64,000 bases of DNA. Origin: Candidatus Obscuribacteraceae bacterium. GTDB taxonomy: Bacteria > Cyanobacteriota > Vampirovibrionia > Obscuribacterales > Obscuribacteraceae. The stretch covers positions 256,001-320,000 of the forward strand of contig JBGAHS010000007.1 in NCBI GenBank assembly GCA_044226015.1. Direction: 5' to 3'. A program made the translations under genes and the position numbers. Every line of letters starts with the position of its first letter. Position 1 is the stretch's first letter. This document shows positions 1 through 10,049 of this stretch, piece by piece. The notes below the pieces were generated by a model that saw nothing but the letters and a program-made list of their open reading frames with translations, did no database searches and was not told the DNA's origin.

Positions 1-1547
1 AAAAAGTGAGGACGGAAATGGAATCTAGCCCACGGTGTTGCTTCGTCTCCAGTGCTTACGAAAGACCCACCGAGAATCATCTGGTGTTGTCCGTCATAGC
101 ACGGAGTGCTGAAATCATCATAGTAACGATGCACGCGCGAACCGTTTAGTGGGTTGAAATGGTCTTCACACCATTGCCACACATTGCCAAAGAGGTCGCT
201 GATTTCTTCTTCATTTGTGTGTAATTCTACCGAAGACTCGGACCCATAGGAAAGATTATTGTTGAACTTTCCAGTTGCGATAAGTTGCGTTTGGCTTGTA
301 TTGTCGAATTTGTTTGCGTGACGCAAAGCTTGATGCTCGGCTTCTGTCATCAGTCGATAGTCCAGATTATCTTGTGTCGATTTCCATTTGCAATAAGCCT
401 GAGCCTCATGGAAATTTACCACTGCGGGCCAATCCCACTGCATGGAAATAATCTCAAAGCAAGTTCGTAATTTGAACTGATTGCTTCCGGCAGGACCATC
501 TGGATACCAGAACGATGGCGCTTTTACATTTCGGAATGAGCGCCATTTCCAGCCATCTTCAGACCAGAATTGCTTATCGAGATAGCCGCCCTCTGCGACA
601 AAATTCCAGAATTCTCCATTACTAATGAGTAGTTGTGTTGCTTGAAAACGGCTCAGGCGAGAACTTCTGCTGCCGTATTCGTTGTCCCAACCGTAACAAG
701 GCCAGTCAGCATCTTTGCCGAAATAGACGGTGCTTGCCTGAATCTCTATAAGTTTGTTGCTTGGGTAGTCGCGCTTCAACTGCGGTGCTTGTGCTACATC
801 TTCTTTGTGAGGTGCTAACGCAGGCCACTCAGCAGGAGGTTTCAGCAATTGAATTGGAAGCTCTCTCATCAAAACGGAGGAAGTTTCGAGGTGTATTCTT
901 TCGTGTTCGAAACCCATAAAAAGCGCCCATAGTTTGTTGTCTTGCAAAATGGGAGCGTGGCCATCATTCAAGAGTTCTGAACCTTCGATTAGATGCTTGA
1001 TGATTCCATAAACTTTCGAGCGATAATTCAAACACAAATCAATGCTCGGCCATTCCAGCTCATTTTTGGCCATATCATCCCAGCTCATTTCATCAACGCC
1101 AGTTTCGAAAAGGCTTTCAAAATGTGGATCGACAGGGCTATCTAGAAGTCCTGCCAGACGCAGTTTATTGACGTAAAGAACAGCAGGATGAACATAGTAA
1201 AAAATCAGGGGATGTCGTAATGAATGATAAGGCGGACGATAGAACGGTTCATCGCCTTGAAGGGCGGAGAACAGTAGCTCTGTTAGCGTCCAGCTGTTAT
1301 TGAAATAGTTCAAGACATCTTGTCTGCTACAGCTTGCTAAATTAGGAATTGGCAGAGAATGCAGCTTTCGGCTTTCCCCGCAAAAGCCGGGGCAATTCTC
1401 GGGTGACAGCCCTGTCCACCAACTGTCATGGCGAGGAGTGCCAAGATACAGAGTCGATTGACCAAGGTTAAGCTGCCAGCGTTCGCCGAGAGATTCTTTC
1501 GGTGGTGCCAGGGTTATGCCGAGGTTGGGATTTCTGGAGCTGGTCAT
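1..1547 (-). CDS. ovoA: 5-histidylcysteine sulfoxide synthase (OvoA-like; ovothiol/ergothioneine sulfoxide synthase family), 3' end beyond window edge
   Basis: Not in the ORF track. Manual translation from ATG 1547 (MTSSRNPNLG...) gives LRHPLIFYY, FETGVDEMSWDD, the iron-binding HERIHLETSSVLMRE (HX3HXE), FGWDNEYG, GNVWQW and YYDDFSTPCYDG...GGSF..TGDEA..WARFHFRPHFF, all in one frame. This is a DinB-like plus FGE-sulfatase architecture. Confidence 0.9.
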   Translation of the reverse strand, partial: MTSSRNPNLGITLAPPKESLGERWQLNLGQSTLYLGTPRHDSWWTGLSPENCPGFCGESRKLHSLPIPNLASCSRQDVLNYFNNSWTLTELLFSALQGDEPFYRPPYHSLRHPLIFYYVHPAVLYVNKLRLAGLLDSPVDPHFESLFETGVDEMSWDDMAKNELEWPSIDLCLNYRSKVYGIIKHLIEGSELLNDGHAPILQDNKLWALFMGFEHERIHLETSSVLMRELPIQLLKPPAEWPALAPHKEDVAQAPQLKRDYPSNKLIEIQASTVYFGKDADWPCYGWDNEYGSRSSRLSRFQATQLLISNGEFWNFVAEGGYLDKQFWSEDGWKWRSFRNVKAPSFWYPDGPAGSNQFKLRTCFEIISMQWDWPAVVNFHEAQAYCKWKSTQDNLDYRLMTEAEHQALRHANKFDNTSQTQLIATGKFNNNLSYGSESSVELHTNEEEISDLFGNVWQWCEDHFNPLNGSRVHRYYDDFSTPCYDGQHQMILGGSFVSTGDEATPWARFHFRPHF

Positions 1548-1784
1548 TTTTGTTCCTCTGTGACAACCTGAATCATATATGATGACTACTTTCTTTGCAT
1601 AAATGCATACATTTTCCGAATAATTAAGCTATCTCTGCTGCCCTGTTGGCGCTCTGCTTTTGGGCAGGAATGGCTAGTCATGCGGTTTTAACAAATCACC
1701 ACGCGCTTGATGTTGCCAAGGTAGCATTGCAGGTTGGAACTATGCGTGAACGATATTGAAGGATACTGGGTATCTCTGATGGCA

Positions 1785-3353
1785 CTATCGCCGACGCTCA
1801 TCCTTTATCTCTCGAATGATTCTCTCAACTGTCTCAGTGTCTGAGTACGGAACTCTAATATTGCCGATGGTTCTGAATTTTTCATGACCCAGACCTGCGA
1901 TGAGGACTGTGTCGCCTTTAACCGTCTCTCGAATTGCAACATCAATTGCGCTTTCTCGATTTGCAATATTGTATGCTCTGGGTGCTCCCTCGATTATTTG
2001 TGCGCGAATGTTATCTGGGTCTTCGCTGCGTGGGTGTGCATCTGTCACTATCACCTGGTCTGCGAGTTTGGAAGCTATTATTCCCATGTCGAGTCGTTTC
2101 CCAGAATCTCTTTCTCCGTTGCAACCGAAAACAACTAATAGTTTTCCTGCGGTAAAGCTTCGACAAGCTTCCAGTGCGGCTCTTATGCCATCAGGGGAAT
2201 GCGCATAGTCGACCACGATTTTGCCTCCGCTGGGGCTTTCAGCCACCACATTCAATCTTCCTTCAACGGGAGTTAGTTTCTCCAGAAGCGCTACAGCTTT
2301 GTCAGGGGCGACTCCAGTAGCGATCACTATGCCCAGGGCGCAGATGGCATTGGAAGCTTGAAAGTAGCCGTGTAAGCCAATCTGAACCTCATAATCTTTT
2401 CCAAGAACGTTTAAGTGCAGCTTCTGTCCATCTCTGTTTCTTTCTATTGAAAGCAGTTTTATTGCCCCACCATTTTGTCCGTATGTAATCAAATGGTGCT
2501 TTCGTTGCTTGCATATCTCGATTGCTTTTTCGGACCATGCGCCATCTGCATTTATCACCGCAAAACTGCCCTGAGCAAGAACCTCTGTGAAAAGCAACAT
2601 CTTCACACGGAAGTACTCTTCCATTGTGCCATGGAAATCTAGGTGGTCTCTCGTTAGATTTGAGAATGCGCCCACCGTGGCCGGTAATCCGTGCAGGCGG
2701 AAATCGAACAATGCGTGGCTTGTTGCTTCCATTGCAATGTGATTAATTCCACGTCGTTTTAGCGTGCGCAGCATCTCGTGCATAAATACTGTTTCCGGCA
2801 CAGAAAGAGTTGGGTCTCGCGGCCAAACAATTGATCCATCACTGCACACTCCGCCCAGATTGCCTACAGAACAGCTTTTCCAGTTAACTGCTGCCCACAT
2901 CATGCGAGCGAAATTTACCGTGGAGGTCTTTCCGTTTGTCCCAGTTACAAGCGCAATTTGATCGGGTCGTTCACAATAAAAATTGGAGCATATTTTACCA
3001 AGTATTGATAAAGGTTCTTGATGCCGAAGAAGTAGAATTCGTTTCTTCGTTCCCCGGGGAATTACTGCACCGCTGTTTGTAATTACTGTGCTTGCACCGT
3101 TCTCTGCTGCATTAGCTATGTACTTTCGCCCATCAAGCCTGACTCCATATCTAGTGCTATCGACAGTCTCAGATTCTGCGGCAAGATAAAGAAAGCCCGG
3201 TCGGCACAAATTGGGGTCTGTGCTGATGCCTGTAATTACATTTGCTGACTCAGCCTCTGAAAGAGGGGGGAGTCCTTCAATGTCTTTTAGTAAGTAGTCT
3301 AATCGCATGTAATTTTTGTGGTCGATTAGTGAATATCGACCGGTTGAGGGCAA
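1785..3353 (-). CDS. murE: MurE-family UDP-MurNAc-peptide ligase, orphan paralog with altered specificity motif (start possibly 3308)
   Basis: P-loop VTGTNGKTST, MEATSH, NLTRDHLDFHG, EGRL, VVDYAHSPDG, VFGCNGERD, AGLGHE. Confidence 0.85.
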   Translation of the reverse strand: MPSTGRYSLIDHKNYMRLDYLLKDIEGLPPLSEAESANVITGISTDPNLCRPGFLYLAAESETVDSTRYGVRLDGRKYIANAAENGASTVITNSGAVIPRGTKKRILLLRHQEPLSILGKICSNFYCERPDQIALVTGTNGKTSTVNFARMMWAAVNWKSCSVGNLGGVCSDGSIVWPRDPTLSVPETVFMHEMLRTLKRRGINHIAMEATSHALFDFRLHGLPATVGAFSNLTRDHLDFHGTMEEYFRVKMLLFTEVLAQGSFAVINADGAWSEKAIEICKQRKHHLITYGQNGGAIKLLSIERNRDGQKLHLNVLGKDYEVQIGLHGYFQASNAICALGIVIATGVAPDKAVALLEKLTPVEGRLNVVAESPSGGKIVVDYAHSPDGIRAALEACRSFTAGKLLVVFGCNGERDSGKRLDMGIIASKLADQVIVTDAHPRSEDPDNIRAQIIEGAPRAYNIANRESAIDVAIRETVKGDTVLIAGLGHEKFRTIGNIRVPYSDTETVERIIREIKDERRR

Positions 3354-3379
3354 GACAGTTCGCCTTTACTAATTGTACG

Positions 3380-4333
3380 TTATTTCGCTGAAATCAAACT
3401 CACGCCGGAAATTTTCTCTTTCAGAAGCGGGCTATCTTTGCCTTTCAGGTATTTGTTTAGGAACGCTACGCTGTACTTTTCAATAGGCTCGTCGAGACTA
3501 TTGTTTCGCTTGAAATTTGTCCAGGAAAAATGACTACCGTTTTGAAACTCGACAAAATAAGCGGGCGAATTGGCTTGTTCAAATGCTCCGCCTTTTCGTT
3601 TTATGCTGGGCGTGATGCCCAGGTCTTTGGTTCCTCCCTGAAACATAACTGGCACGCTGACTTTATTCATTGTTTTATGCACCAAGTAGGGAGCACAATA
3701 TGGCGATAATGCCAGCACGGCTTTTACTCCAGGCATCTTCCACTCTGGCCACGCCCCGGCGAGTCCAAGCACTGTGTAACCACCAAGTGAATGTCCAGCC
3801 AGAGCGAACTTCGACCAGTCAATTTTTCCATTCCATTCGGCGCTTGTATGAAGGGCTTTTACTAAGCGTTCGATATCGGTTTTTCTGTCAGCGTAGGTTG
3901 TCGAAGACCATTCGTTCGTTTTTGCAAAACTAGCTTGAGCATCTGCGTAACCTTTGTTGAGAGCATCGCGATGCGAGGGGGCGACGACCAGGTACCCAGC
4001 GGCAGCCAGAGCCTTCATCAAAAAGATACTCTGATTGTCGCTGCCGTGAAAGCCGTGAGAGAAGATGACCAGAGGGTAGGGCGCGCTAGTTTTCGGAAAC
4101 CAGATTGCTGCCGTTATGCCCCCTAATTCTGTTCTTTCAAAACTCTTGTCTTTTGCTCCTTGCCCACCCAATTTGTCTTGAGCTGGAGTCTGAGCTCGCT
4201 CCTGGACCCGCTCCTGAATGCGTTCTTTTATTCTCTCTCTGATATTGCCTGGCGGTTCTGCCAGGGCGATGTTTGGAACAACTGCGTTAATGCTTGCAAT
4301 CGATAGGCATAGTATTAAGCGTAGGTCTTTCAT
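3380..4333 (-). CDS. Secreted alpha/beta hydrolase (PAF-acetylhydrolase/dienelactone hydrolase-like)
   Basis: Signal peptide, PLVIFSHG, nucleophile elbow GHSLGG, GGTKD, GSH. Confidence 0.8.
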   Translation of the reverse strand: MKDLRLILCLSIASINAVVPNIALAEPPGNIRERIKERIQERVQERAQTPAQDKLGGQGAKDKSFERTELGGITAAIWFPKTSAPYPLVIFSHGFHGSDNQSIFLMKALAAAGYLVVAPSHRDALNKGYADAQASFAKTNEWSSTTYADRKTDIERLVKALHTSAEWNGKIDWSKFALAGHSLGGYTVLGLAGAWPEWKMPGVKAVLALSPYCAPYLVHKTMNKVSVPVMFQGGTKDLGITPSIKRKGGAFEQANSPAYFVEFQNGSHFSWTNFKRNNSLDEPIEKYSVAFLNKYLKGKDSPLLKEKISGVSLISAK

Positions 4334-4390
4334 TTACGCACCCTGTTGGCATTGTTTCCGGAACCAGAGAGAGTTGCTCTCAATGAGGAA

Positions 4391-4750
4391 CTATTTTTTG
4401 AGCAATACTTTTACGTTTTCTGTTGGGCGGCCGAGAACAGCTTTGTCACCTTTTTCTACTATAGGACGTTGCATTAGTTCTGGATGCTTGACCATCAAAT
4501 CGACTAATTCATCATCATTGTGTTTTGAATTTGCCAGACCAAGTTCTTTGTATGTAGCTTCCGATGAGCGCAATAGTTCTCTAGCAGTTATTCCCATTTT
4601 TGAGAGCAATTGTTTGATCTTTGTCTTAGACAGAGCTTGTACATAGTAATTTATCTTTTCGTAGTCAACTCCGCTTTCTCTCAAAAGCTTGTCCATTTCT
4701 CTGCATTTTGAGCAGGTCGGTTTTTCATACACAGTAATCTTCTCAGACAT
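4391..4750 (-). CDS. ArsC/Spx family protein
   Basis: YEKPTCSKCR (CxxC), LMQRPIV, GRP. Confidence 0.85.
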   Translation of the reverse strand: MSEKITVYEKPTCSKCREMDKLLRESGVDYEKINYYVQALSKTKIKQLLSKMGITARELLRSSEATYKELGLANSKHNDDELVDLMVKHPELMQRPIVEKGDKAVLGRPTENVKVLLKK

Positions 4751-4858
4751 TTCGAACCTCCGGGAAAGCGCTTATTTTAACACTCCAGTTCTTCATGACA
4801 GTGGAAAATTGTTTGAGGCTTATGTATCGTTATCACAACTTGATGAGGACACCTTGGC

Positions 4859-6418
4859 ATGAATAGAACACAGATGCTAGAACGCTTGCAATCTCGGCAA
4901 ACGCCCTGGGATATGTTGATTATCGGTGGGGGTGCTACTGGTGTTGGCGTAGCTCTGGATGCAGCTTCTCGAGGCTATGAGGTATTGCTGCTAGAGGAAA
5001 ATGATTTTGGTAAAGGAACATCGAGCCGCAGTACAAAGCTGGTGCATGGTGGCGTGCGTTATCTTGAGCAGGGCAATATTCCGCTTGTGATGGAAGCCCT
5101 CAAAGAGCGTGGGCTGTTGAGGCAAAATGCACCGCACCTTGTGCATGACCTTCCATTTGTTGTTCCGAATTATGATTGGTGGGAAGCACCATTCTACGGC
5201 ATGGGGCTGAAGGTCTACGATTTGCTTGCTGGCAAATTTGGTTTTGGCAAATCTAGATTATTGTCTAAAGCAGAAATTCTCGAAGAGATACCCACCATTA
5301 AGCAGGAAGGTCTGCGTGGTGGTGTGCTTTATTACGATGGACAGTTTGATGATTCGCGTTTACTGATAAATCTTGTCAGTACAGCTGCCGAGCAAGGGGC
5401 GACGGTTTTGAACTATGCTCCCGTGATAGGCATCTTAAAAGATGGCGATGGTTTTGTTTCCGGAGTGCTTGCAAAAGATCTTGAATCAGACACAGAGTTT
5501 AAAATCGAAGCTAAGGTAGTAATCAACGCGACTGGTGCTTTTACAGATCGTGTTCGCAGGCTGGCGGATCCTTCTGTACAGAATATGATTTCTCCAAGCC
5601 AGGGTATCCACCTTGTTTTTGAGAGATCTGTTCTGCCCGGAAAATCGGCGATTATGGTTCCTCATACCAGTGATGGAAGAGTCATGTTTGCGATTCCATG
5701 GCATGATCATGTAGTGGTTGGCACCACTGATACCGCCATTGAAGAGGCTAGCTTTGAGCCAATTCCTTTTGAGCATGAAATCGAATTCGTATTGGAAACA
5801 GCAGGGAAATATCTCAGTCGACCACCAGCACGCTCCGACGTCTTAAGTGTGTTTGTGGGAATTCGTCCTCTGGTGAAGGCTGGCGGAGGAAGTACTGCAG
5901 CGCTATCCCGAGACCACACGATTCATATCGATAATAGTGGCTTGCTCACCATATGCGGTGGCAAGTGGACTACTTACAGGCATATGTCTGAAGAGGCAGT
6001 TGATCATGCTATTACCTTAGCAAAGCTTGATGAGCGTGACTGTGTTACGAAAAACTTGCGGATACATGGGTTCCAAGAGTTCTCGCCTCAGTTGGGTCAT
6101 ATGTATGTCTATGGCTCCGATTGCTCCAAAATCGAGGAGCTAAAAGCAAAAGAGAAGTTAGAAGCCGTTTTGCATGAGCGTCTTCCGTTCACAAAAGCGG
6201 AGCTTATCTGGTCGGTAAGGTTCGAGATGTGCCGAACAGTGGAGGACTTTCTCGCACGCCGGACAAGGGCTTTGTTTCTCGATGCCGCAGCGGCGTCTGA
6301 TATGGCAAAGACAGTTGCAGAGCTTATGGCGAAAGAACTCAAAAAAGACAATTCGTGGATCGATATGCAGGTCAAGACCTTCCAAACCATGGCCAATCAG
6401 TACTTAGTCAGTTCGTAA
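4859..6418 (+). CDS. glpD: FAD-dependent glycerol-3-phosphate dehydrogenase/oxidase
   Basis: IIGGGATG, GTSSRSTKLVHGGVRYL, GGKWTTYR, DFLARRTR. Confidence 0.93.
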   Translation: MNRTQMLERLQSRQTPWDMLIIGGGATGVGVALDAASRGYEVLLLEENDFGKGTSSRSTKLVHGGVRYLEQGNIPLVMEALKERGLLRQNAPHLVHDLPFVVPNYDWWEAPFYGMGLKVYDLLAGKFGFGKSRLLSKAEILEEIPTIKQEGLRGGVLYYDGQFDDSRLLINLVSTAAEQGATVLNYAPVIGILKDGDGFVSGVLAKDLESDTEFKIEAKVVINATGAFTDRVRRLADPSVQNMISPSQGIHLVFERSVLPGKSAIMVPHTSDGRVMFAIPWHDHVVVGTTDTAIEEASFEPIPFEHEIEFVLETAGKYLSRPPARSDVLSVFVGIRPLVKAGGGSTAALSRDHTIHIDNSGLLTICGGKWTTYRHMSEEAVDHAITLAKLDERDCVTKNLRIHGFQEFSPQLGHMYVYGSDCSKIEELKAKEKLEAVLHERLPFTKAELIWSVRFEMCRTVEDFLARRTRALFLDAAAASDMAKTVAELMAKELKKDNSWIDMQVKTFQTMANQYLVSS

Positions 6419-6434
6419 GCCGAAGAAGTTCAGG

Positions 6435-7115
6435 TCAGTGATAGATTTTTCCATCGGGCGTTGCGCAGATTTTGGTTTGCGTGAAACCTGCCGAGACCTG
6501 TCCCGTGAGATAGCCGTGTTCTCTTGGTTGAAGATCGACCTTGCTTACCGAGAGCGTAAAGAACCCTGAACTGACTGTGACACCAGATACATTGTCCAAT
6601 TTCACCGCGCCCCCTTGGGGAAGCGATGAAAACGACACTTTCTTTTGAATGTCGATTGTGCCGGAGTCGTCTCCAAAATGCAGAGGGTTTGCTAGCGAAA
6701 TTGAAATCGCCGAGCCCATGCGCGTGATGTCTGTTATTCCTAGCTCTGCCATTTTAGTTGCGACAGCATCGCCATAGACTTTCTCAAACTGGTTCGCTTT
6801 GGTCGTTCCTTTCGGAGTCAGAACTGCCATTTCGTACATTCGATTTAGAATTGAGTCGCCTTCTTTTGTTGCCGCAAGCGAGTCCTTCTGATTTGTGGTA
6901 ACACGATTTGTGTCACACGCGCCAACTGATGATTCATCAAGTTGGAACAGTTTCGAGTTTAGAGAACCTGCTAATTGCGCGTCGAAGACTGGGTCGCCAA
7001 ACAATTCCGCGAAGGACAGTTTTTGCTTGCCTTCCGGATGTGGGTAAGCCTCCGCTGCCCAATCTGGGCTCTTTGCTGAGTCTGTTTGCGGGCCAGACTC
7101 CATCTCAAATCTCAT
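6435..7115 (-). CDS. Hypothetical protein, polar N-terminal leader, beta-rich C-terminal part
   Basis: 226-aa ORF with GGAGG RBS upstream; no family recognised. Confidence 0.65.
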   Translation of the reverse strand: MRFEMESGPQTDSAKSPDWAAEAYPHPEGKQKLSFAELFGDPVFDAQLAGSLNSKLFQLDESSVGACDTNRVTTNQKDSLAATKEGDSILNRMYEMAVLTPKGTTKANQFEKVYGDAVATKMAELGITDITRMGSAISISLANPLHFGDDSGTIDIQKKVSFSSLPQGGAVKLDNVSGVTVSSGFFTLSVSKVDLQPREHGYLTGQVSAGFTQTKICATPDGKIYH

Positions 7116-7255
7116 ATACCAACCTCCGATCTTGCCTCAAATTTATGAGAGCGAGGCGAATTTGTCACTGTGGAAAACCGCAAGAACGTCCGACAGAGCT
7201 AGCTGTTTGGACTTTTGTCTAATAAAGTATTCGTTCGGCAAAGTTTCGAAAGGCC

Positions 7256-7512
7256 GGGATTCGCGTATTGGGATCCGCGTATTGGGATTCGCCTATTGGG
7301 ATTGGGATTCGCGTATTGGGATCCGCGTATTGGGATCCGCGTATTGGGATCCGCGTATGGGATTCGCGTATTGGGATCCGCGTATTGGGATCCGCGTATT
7401 GGGATCCGCGTATTTGGATTCTGGTATTGAGATTCGGGTATTGGGATCCGCGTATTTGGATTCTGGTATTGAGTTTCTCGTATTGGGATTCTCGTATTGG
7501 GATCCGCGTATT
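7256..7512. repeat. Intergenic 14-bp minisatellite GGGATCCGCGTATT, 18 full units plus one partial, degenerating rightwards
   Basis: Units read directly from the sequence. Confidence 0.95.
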
Positions 7513-7560
7513 GGTTTGTGGCTGCTCGTCTTAAGGATTGTTGGAGTTCCTGTAAACATG

Positions 7561-7593
7561 CCTAAATAAGTGATTCTGGATCACTTATTTAGG
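7561..7593. other. Perfect 14-bp inverted repeat CCTAAATAAGTGAT-N5-ATCACTTATTTAGG
   Basis: Seen directly; AT-rich stem with no U-tract. Confidence 0.7.
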
Positions 7594-7774
7594 GAGCGCT
7601 GGGGGAGCCGCCATCCTGGTGGCATCAGCGTTTCAGGACGAGACACCGGTATCCGCCTGCGCGTAACTCATACATTGCTGCTGCGTTGCTCTCCTCACGC
7701 TGGCTGCCAGGCGGTTTGATTCCACAGTCCAAAGGGCATATCGTCGGGGAGATTATGTATTAACGGGGTGTCTA

Positions 7775-8734
7775 GTGAACCAATCTGCTACTGCCAGGCC
7801 GTCCAGCAATTTGAACCTGAGTGCCAAAGCTCAGGCTCTTCTGAAAAACATGAACAGCGTCCTTGTAGGACAAGATCGCGCTGCCAGGCTCGTCGCAATC
7901 TCGCTTCTAGCTGGCGGGCATCTGATTATTGAAGACGTTCCTGGTGTGGGAAAAACGCTCCTGGCAAAAAGTCTTGCAATGTCTATTCATGCAACTTTCA
8001 AGCGTTTGCAATGTACGCCTGATTTGCTCCCCGCTGACGTTTCCGGTGTTAACATCTACGACCAGAAAGAGGGAGTTTTCCGTTTTGTACCGGGTCCGGT
8101 GTTCAGCCACATATTTCTTGCGGATGAAATCAATAGAGCAAGTCCACGAACTCAGTCTAGCTTGCTGGAGTCCATGGAGGAAAGGCAGGTCACCACAGAC
8201 GGTGTCACTCGTGCGCTTCCTGATTTGTTTTTCGTAATTGCAACAGCCAATCCTATTGAACAACTCGGGACATTCCCATTGCCAGAAGCTCAGCTAGATC
8301 GCTTCATGGTTGCACTCAGTTTGGGCTATCCAAATGCTAAAGAAGAAGCCCATATCTTGATGAAAACAATGGAAGCTGATTCTTTCGTATGCCAACCTGT
8401 CTTGAGTGTCGAGGATGTTCTTGAAGCAAGACAGGCTGTCAAAGCTGTGCGCGTACACGAGGCGATCGTCAAATATATTATCGATATTTCCACTGCAACG
8501 AGAGCTCATCATTCCGTGATTCTCGGCGTCAGCCCACGGGGCAGCCAACAACTTCTGAGGGCGGCGCAAGCTCTGGCATTCCTTGAGGGCAGGGACTATG
8601 TTACTCCAGACGATGTGAAACGCTTAGCCCCGCCAGTATTTGGTCATCGCATTATTCCTAAAGTCAAATCGCAGAGAATCAGTTATGCCGACATCATTGA
8701 ACGAGTCCTGGAGACAGTTCCCGTCCCGAAATGA
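7775..8734 (+). CDS. moxR: MoxR family AAA+ ATPase
   Basis: DVPGVGKT, RLQCTPDLLPAD, LADEINRA, FPLPEAQLDRF. Confidence 0.95.
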   Translation: MNQSATARPSSNLNLSAKAQALLKNMNSVLVGQDRAARLVAISLLAGGHLIIEDVPGVGKTLLAKSLAMSIHATFKRLQCTPDLLPADVSGVNIYDQKEGVFRFVPGPVFSHIFLADEINRASPRTQSSLLESMEERQVTTDGVTRALPDLFFVIATANPIEQLGTFPLPEAQLDRFMVALSLGYPNAKEEAHILMKTMEADSFVCQPVLSVEDVLEARQAVKAVRVHEAIVKYIIDISTATRAHHSVILGVSPRGSQQLLRAAQALAFLEGRDYVTPDDVKRLAPPVFGHRIIPKVKSQRISYADIIERVLETVPVPK

Positions 8735-10049
8735 TCGAGGCGGCTTCCGCCAAGAACCAGCCTCAATTTCGAACGAAATTATCGATTCTCGCACTGCAAA
8801 ACCGGGAGGATTGCGCGTTGATTTGCCACCCTTCGGGTTGACATTGCTCATTGAAATGCGTTCATTTGTGCTCTTCCTCCTTGCTGTACCACTCTATGCT
8901 GTTGCCGCATTTGTTGGAAACGACTGGGGGTACATGCTTCCGTCGGCAATGATCGCCACTTTGATTATTGGGTTTACTTTGCCGTTGATAGAAGTATTGA
9001 GTCTCTCTGCGAGCTGTCACGTTTCTTCGCGCGGAGCAAATAACGAACAGGAAATTGTTGTGAGAGCAAAGCGGCTTCCTTTCTTTGGGCTACTTTCTCG
9101 TTGGATTCCGAGTGGATACATGAGTGCGAACCTGCAATTAAAACGAATTGGGTGGTCTAGCTCTCGTAAAGAAACTGCCGTGTTGCCACTACCCATAGTG
9201 CTCGAAGCGTTGATGCAGGGAGTCGAGGTTCGCTTGAAAGCCCCAGCTCTTGGGCGTGGTTGTTATGAAGTCGAGAGTCTGGAAGTTGCTACATGTTTTC
9301 CTTTCTCTATGGCTTGGTGGGTTCGAGATATTAAGTTTGCCGAAAACGTAGAGAATGCAAGAATAATTGTGCATCCATCCGTAAAACAGTTGTCGGGAAA
9401 CTTTCATTCGCGTTTGACCCTCAAACCAAATTCAACTGGAAGGGCTGCAAGTAATCTGTTGATGCAAAAATCTGTCAACCTGAAAGGGCTGCGGGAATTC
9501 ACAGAAAGAGACAGCCTCAACCAGATTCACTGGGCTTCCAGTGCTCGTTCGGGAAAATTTCTGGTAAGAGAATATGAACCCGAATCATTAGCAGATTACG
9601 ACATATTGTTTGACCTCACTCAAGTTTGGTCTAAAGAACAATTCGAGTTAGCTTGCACAACAGCAAATGCCATGGCGCGATATGGATATCGAATGGGGTT
9701 CACTCCGCGTCTGGTTTTGAACCCATCTGTAGATTGGGAGCCGATGGCAATGCTGCTGGAAGACCTGCCTACGGGAATGATTGGTGAAGAGCTGATAAGC
9801 GAACTGCTGGCGCGAATTTCTCCGATGCCTAATGAACTTAGAAATGAGTTCAAGAGTTTCGAAAAGAACCATCAAAGAGATGCTGTAAAAGCACTCAGTA
9901 GCGACGCAATGAGCAGTCAGCGCGTGCTCGTGTCGCTTCGTCCGGGGGCTCGCAGTGGCATAGATGTTTCTGAACTGCAATCTGCTGAGACAAAAGCTAC
10001 TGGCTCAATATCTCACATAGAAAGCGATGTGGAGCTGGGAAGGCTATGA
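8685..10049 (+). CDS. DUF58 domain membrane protein (start uncertain)
   Basis: LREFTERDSLNQIHWASSARSGKFLVREYE motif, N-terminal TM pair, position after moxR. Confidence 0.85.
   Translation: MPTSLNESWRQFPSRNDRGGFRQEPASISNEIIDSRTAKPGGLRVDLPPFGLTLLIEMRSFVLFLLAVPLYAVAAFVGNDWGYMLPSAMIATLIIGFTLPLIEVLSLSASCHVSSRGANNEQEIVVRAKRLPFFGLLSRWIPSGYMSANLQLKRIGWSSSRKETAVLPLPIVLEALMQGVEVRLKAPALGRGCYEVESLEVATCFPFSMAWWVRDIKFAENVENARIIVHPSVKQLSGNFHSRLTLKPNSTGRAASNLLMQKSVNLKGLREFTERDSLNQIHWASSARSGKFLVREYEPESLADYDILFDLTQVWSKEQFELACTTANAMARYGYRMGFTPRLVLNPSVDWEPMAMLLEDLPTGMIGEELISELLARISPMPNELRNEFKSFEKNHQRDAVKALSSDAMSSQRVLVSLRPGARSGIDVSELQSAETKATGSISHIESDVELGRL

Noticed and set aside
285..818. Two 61-aa plus-strand ORFs
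   Set aside because: Antisense shadows of the ovoA-like gene.
7132..7569. ORFs with RIGIRVLG/SAYWDP repeats in several frames
   Set aside because: These are translations of the stop-free 14-bp minisatellite.
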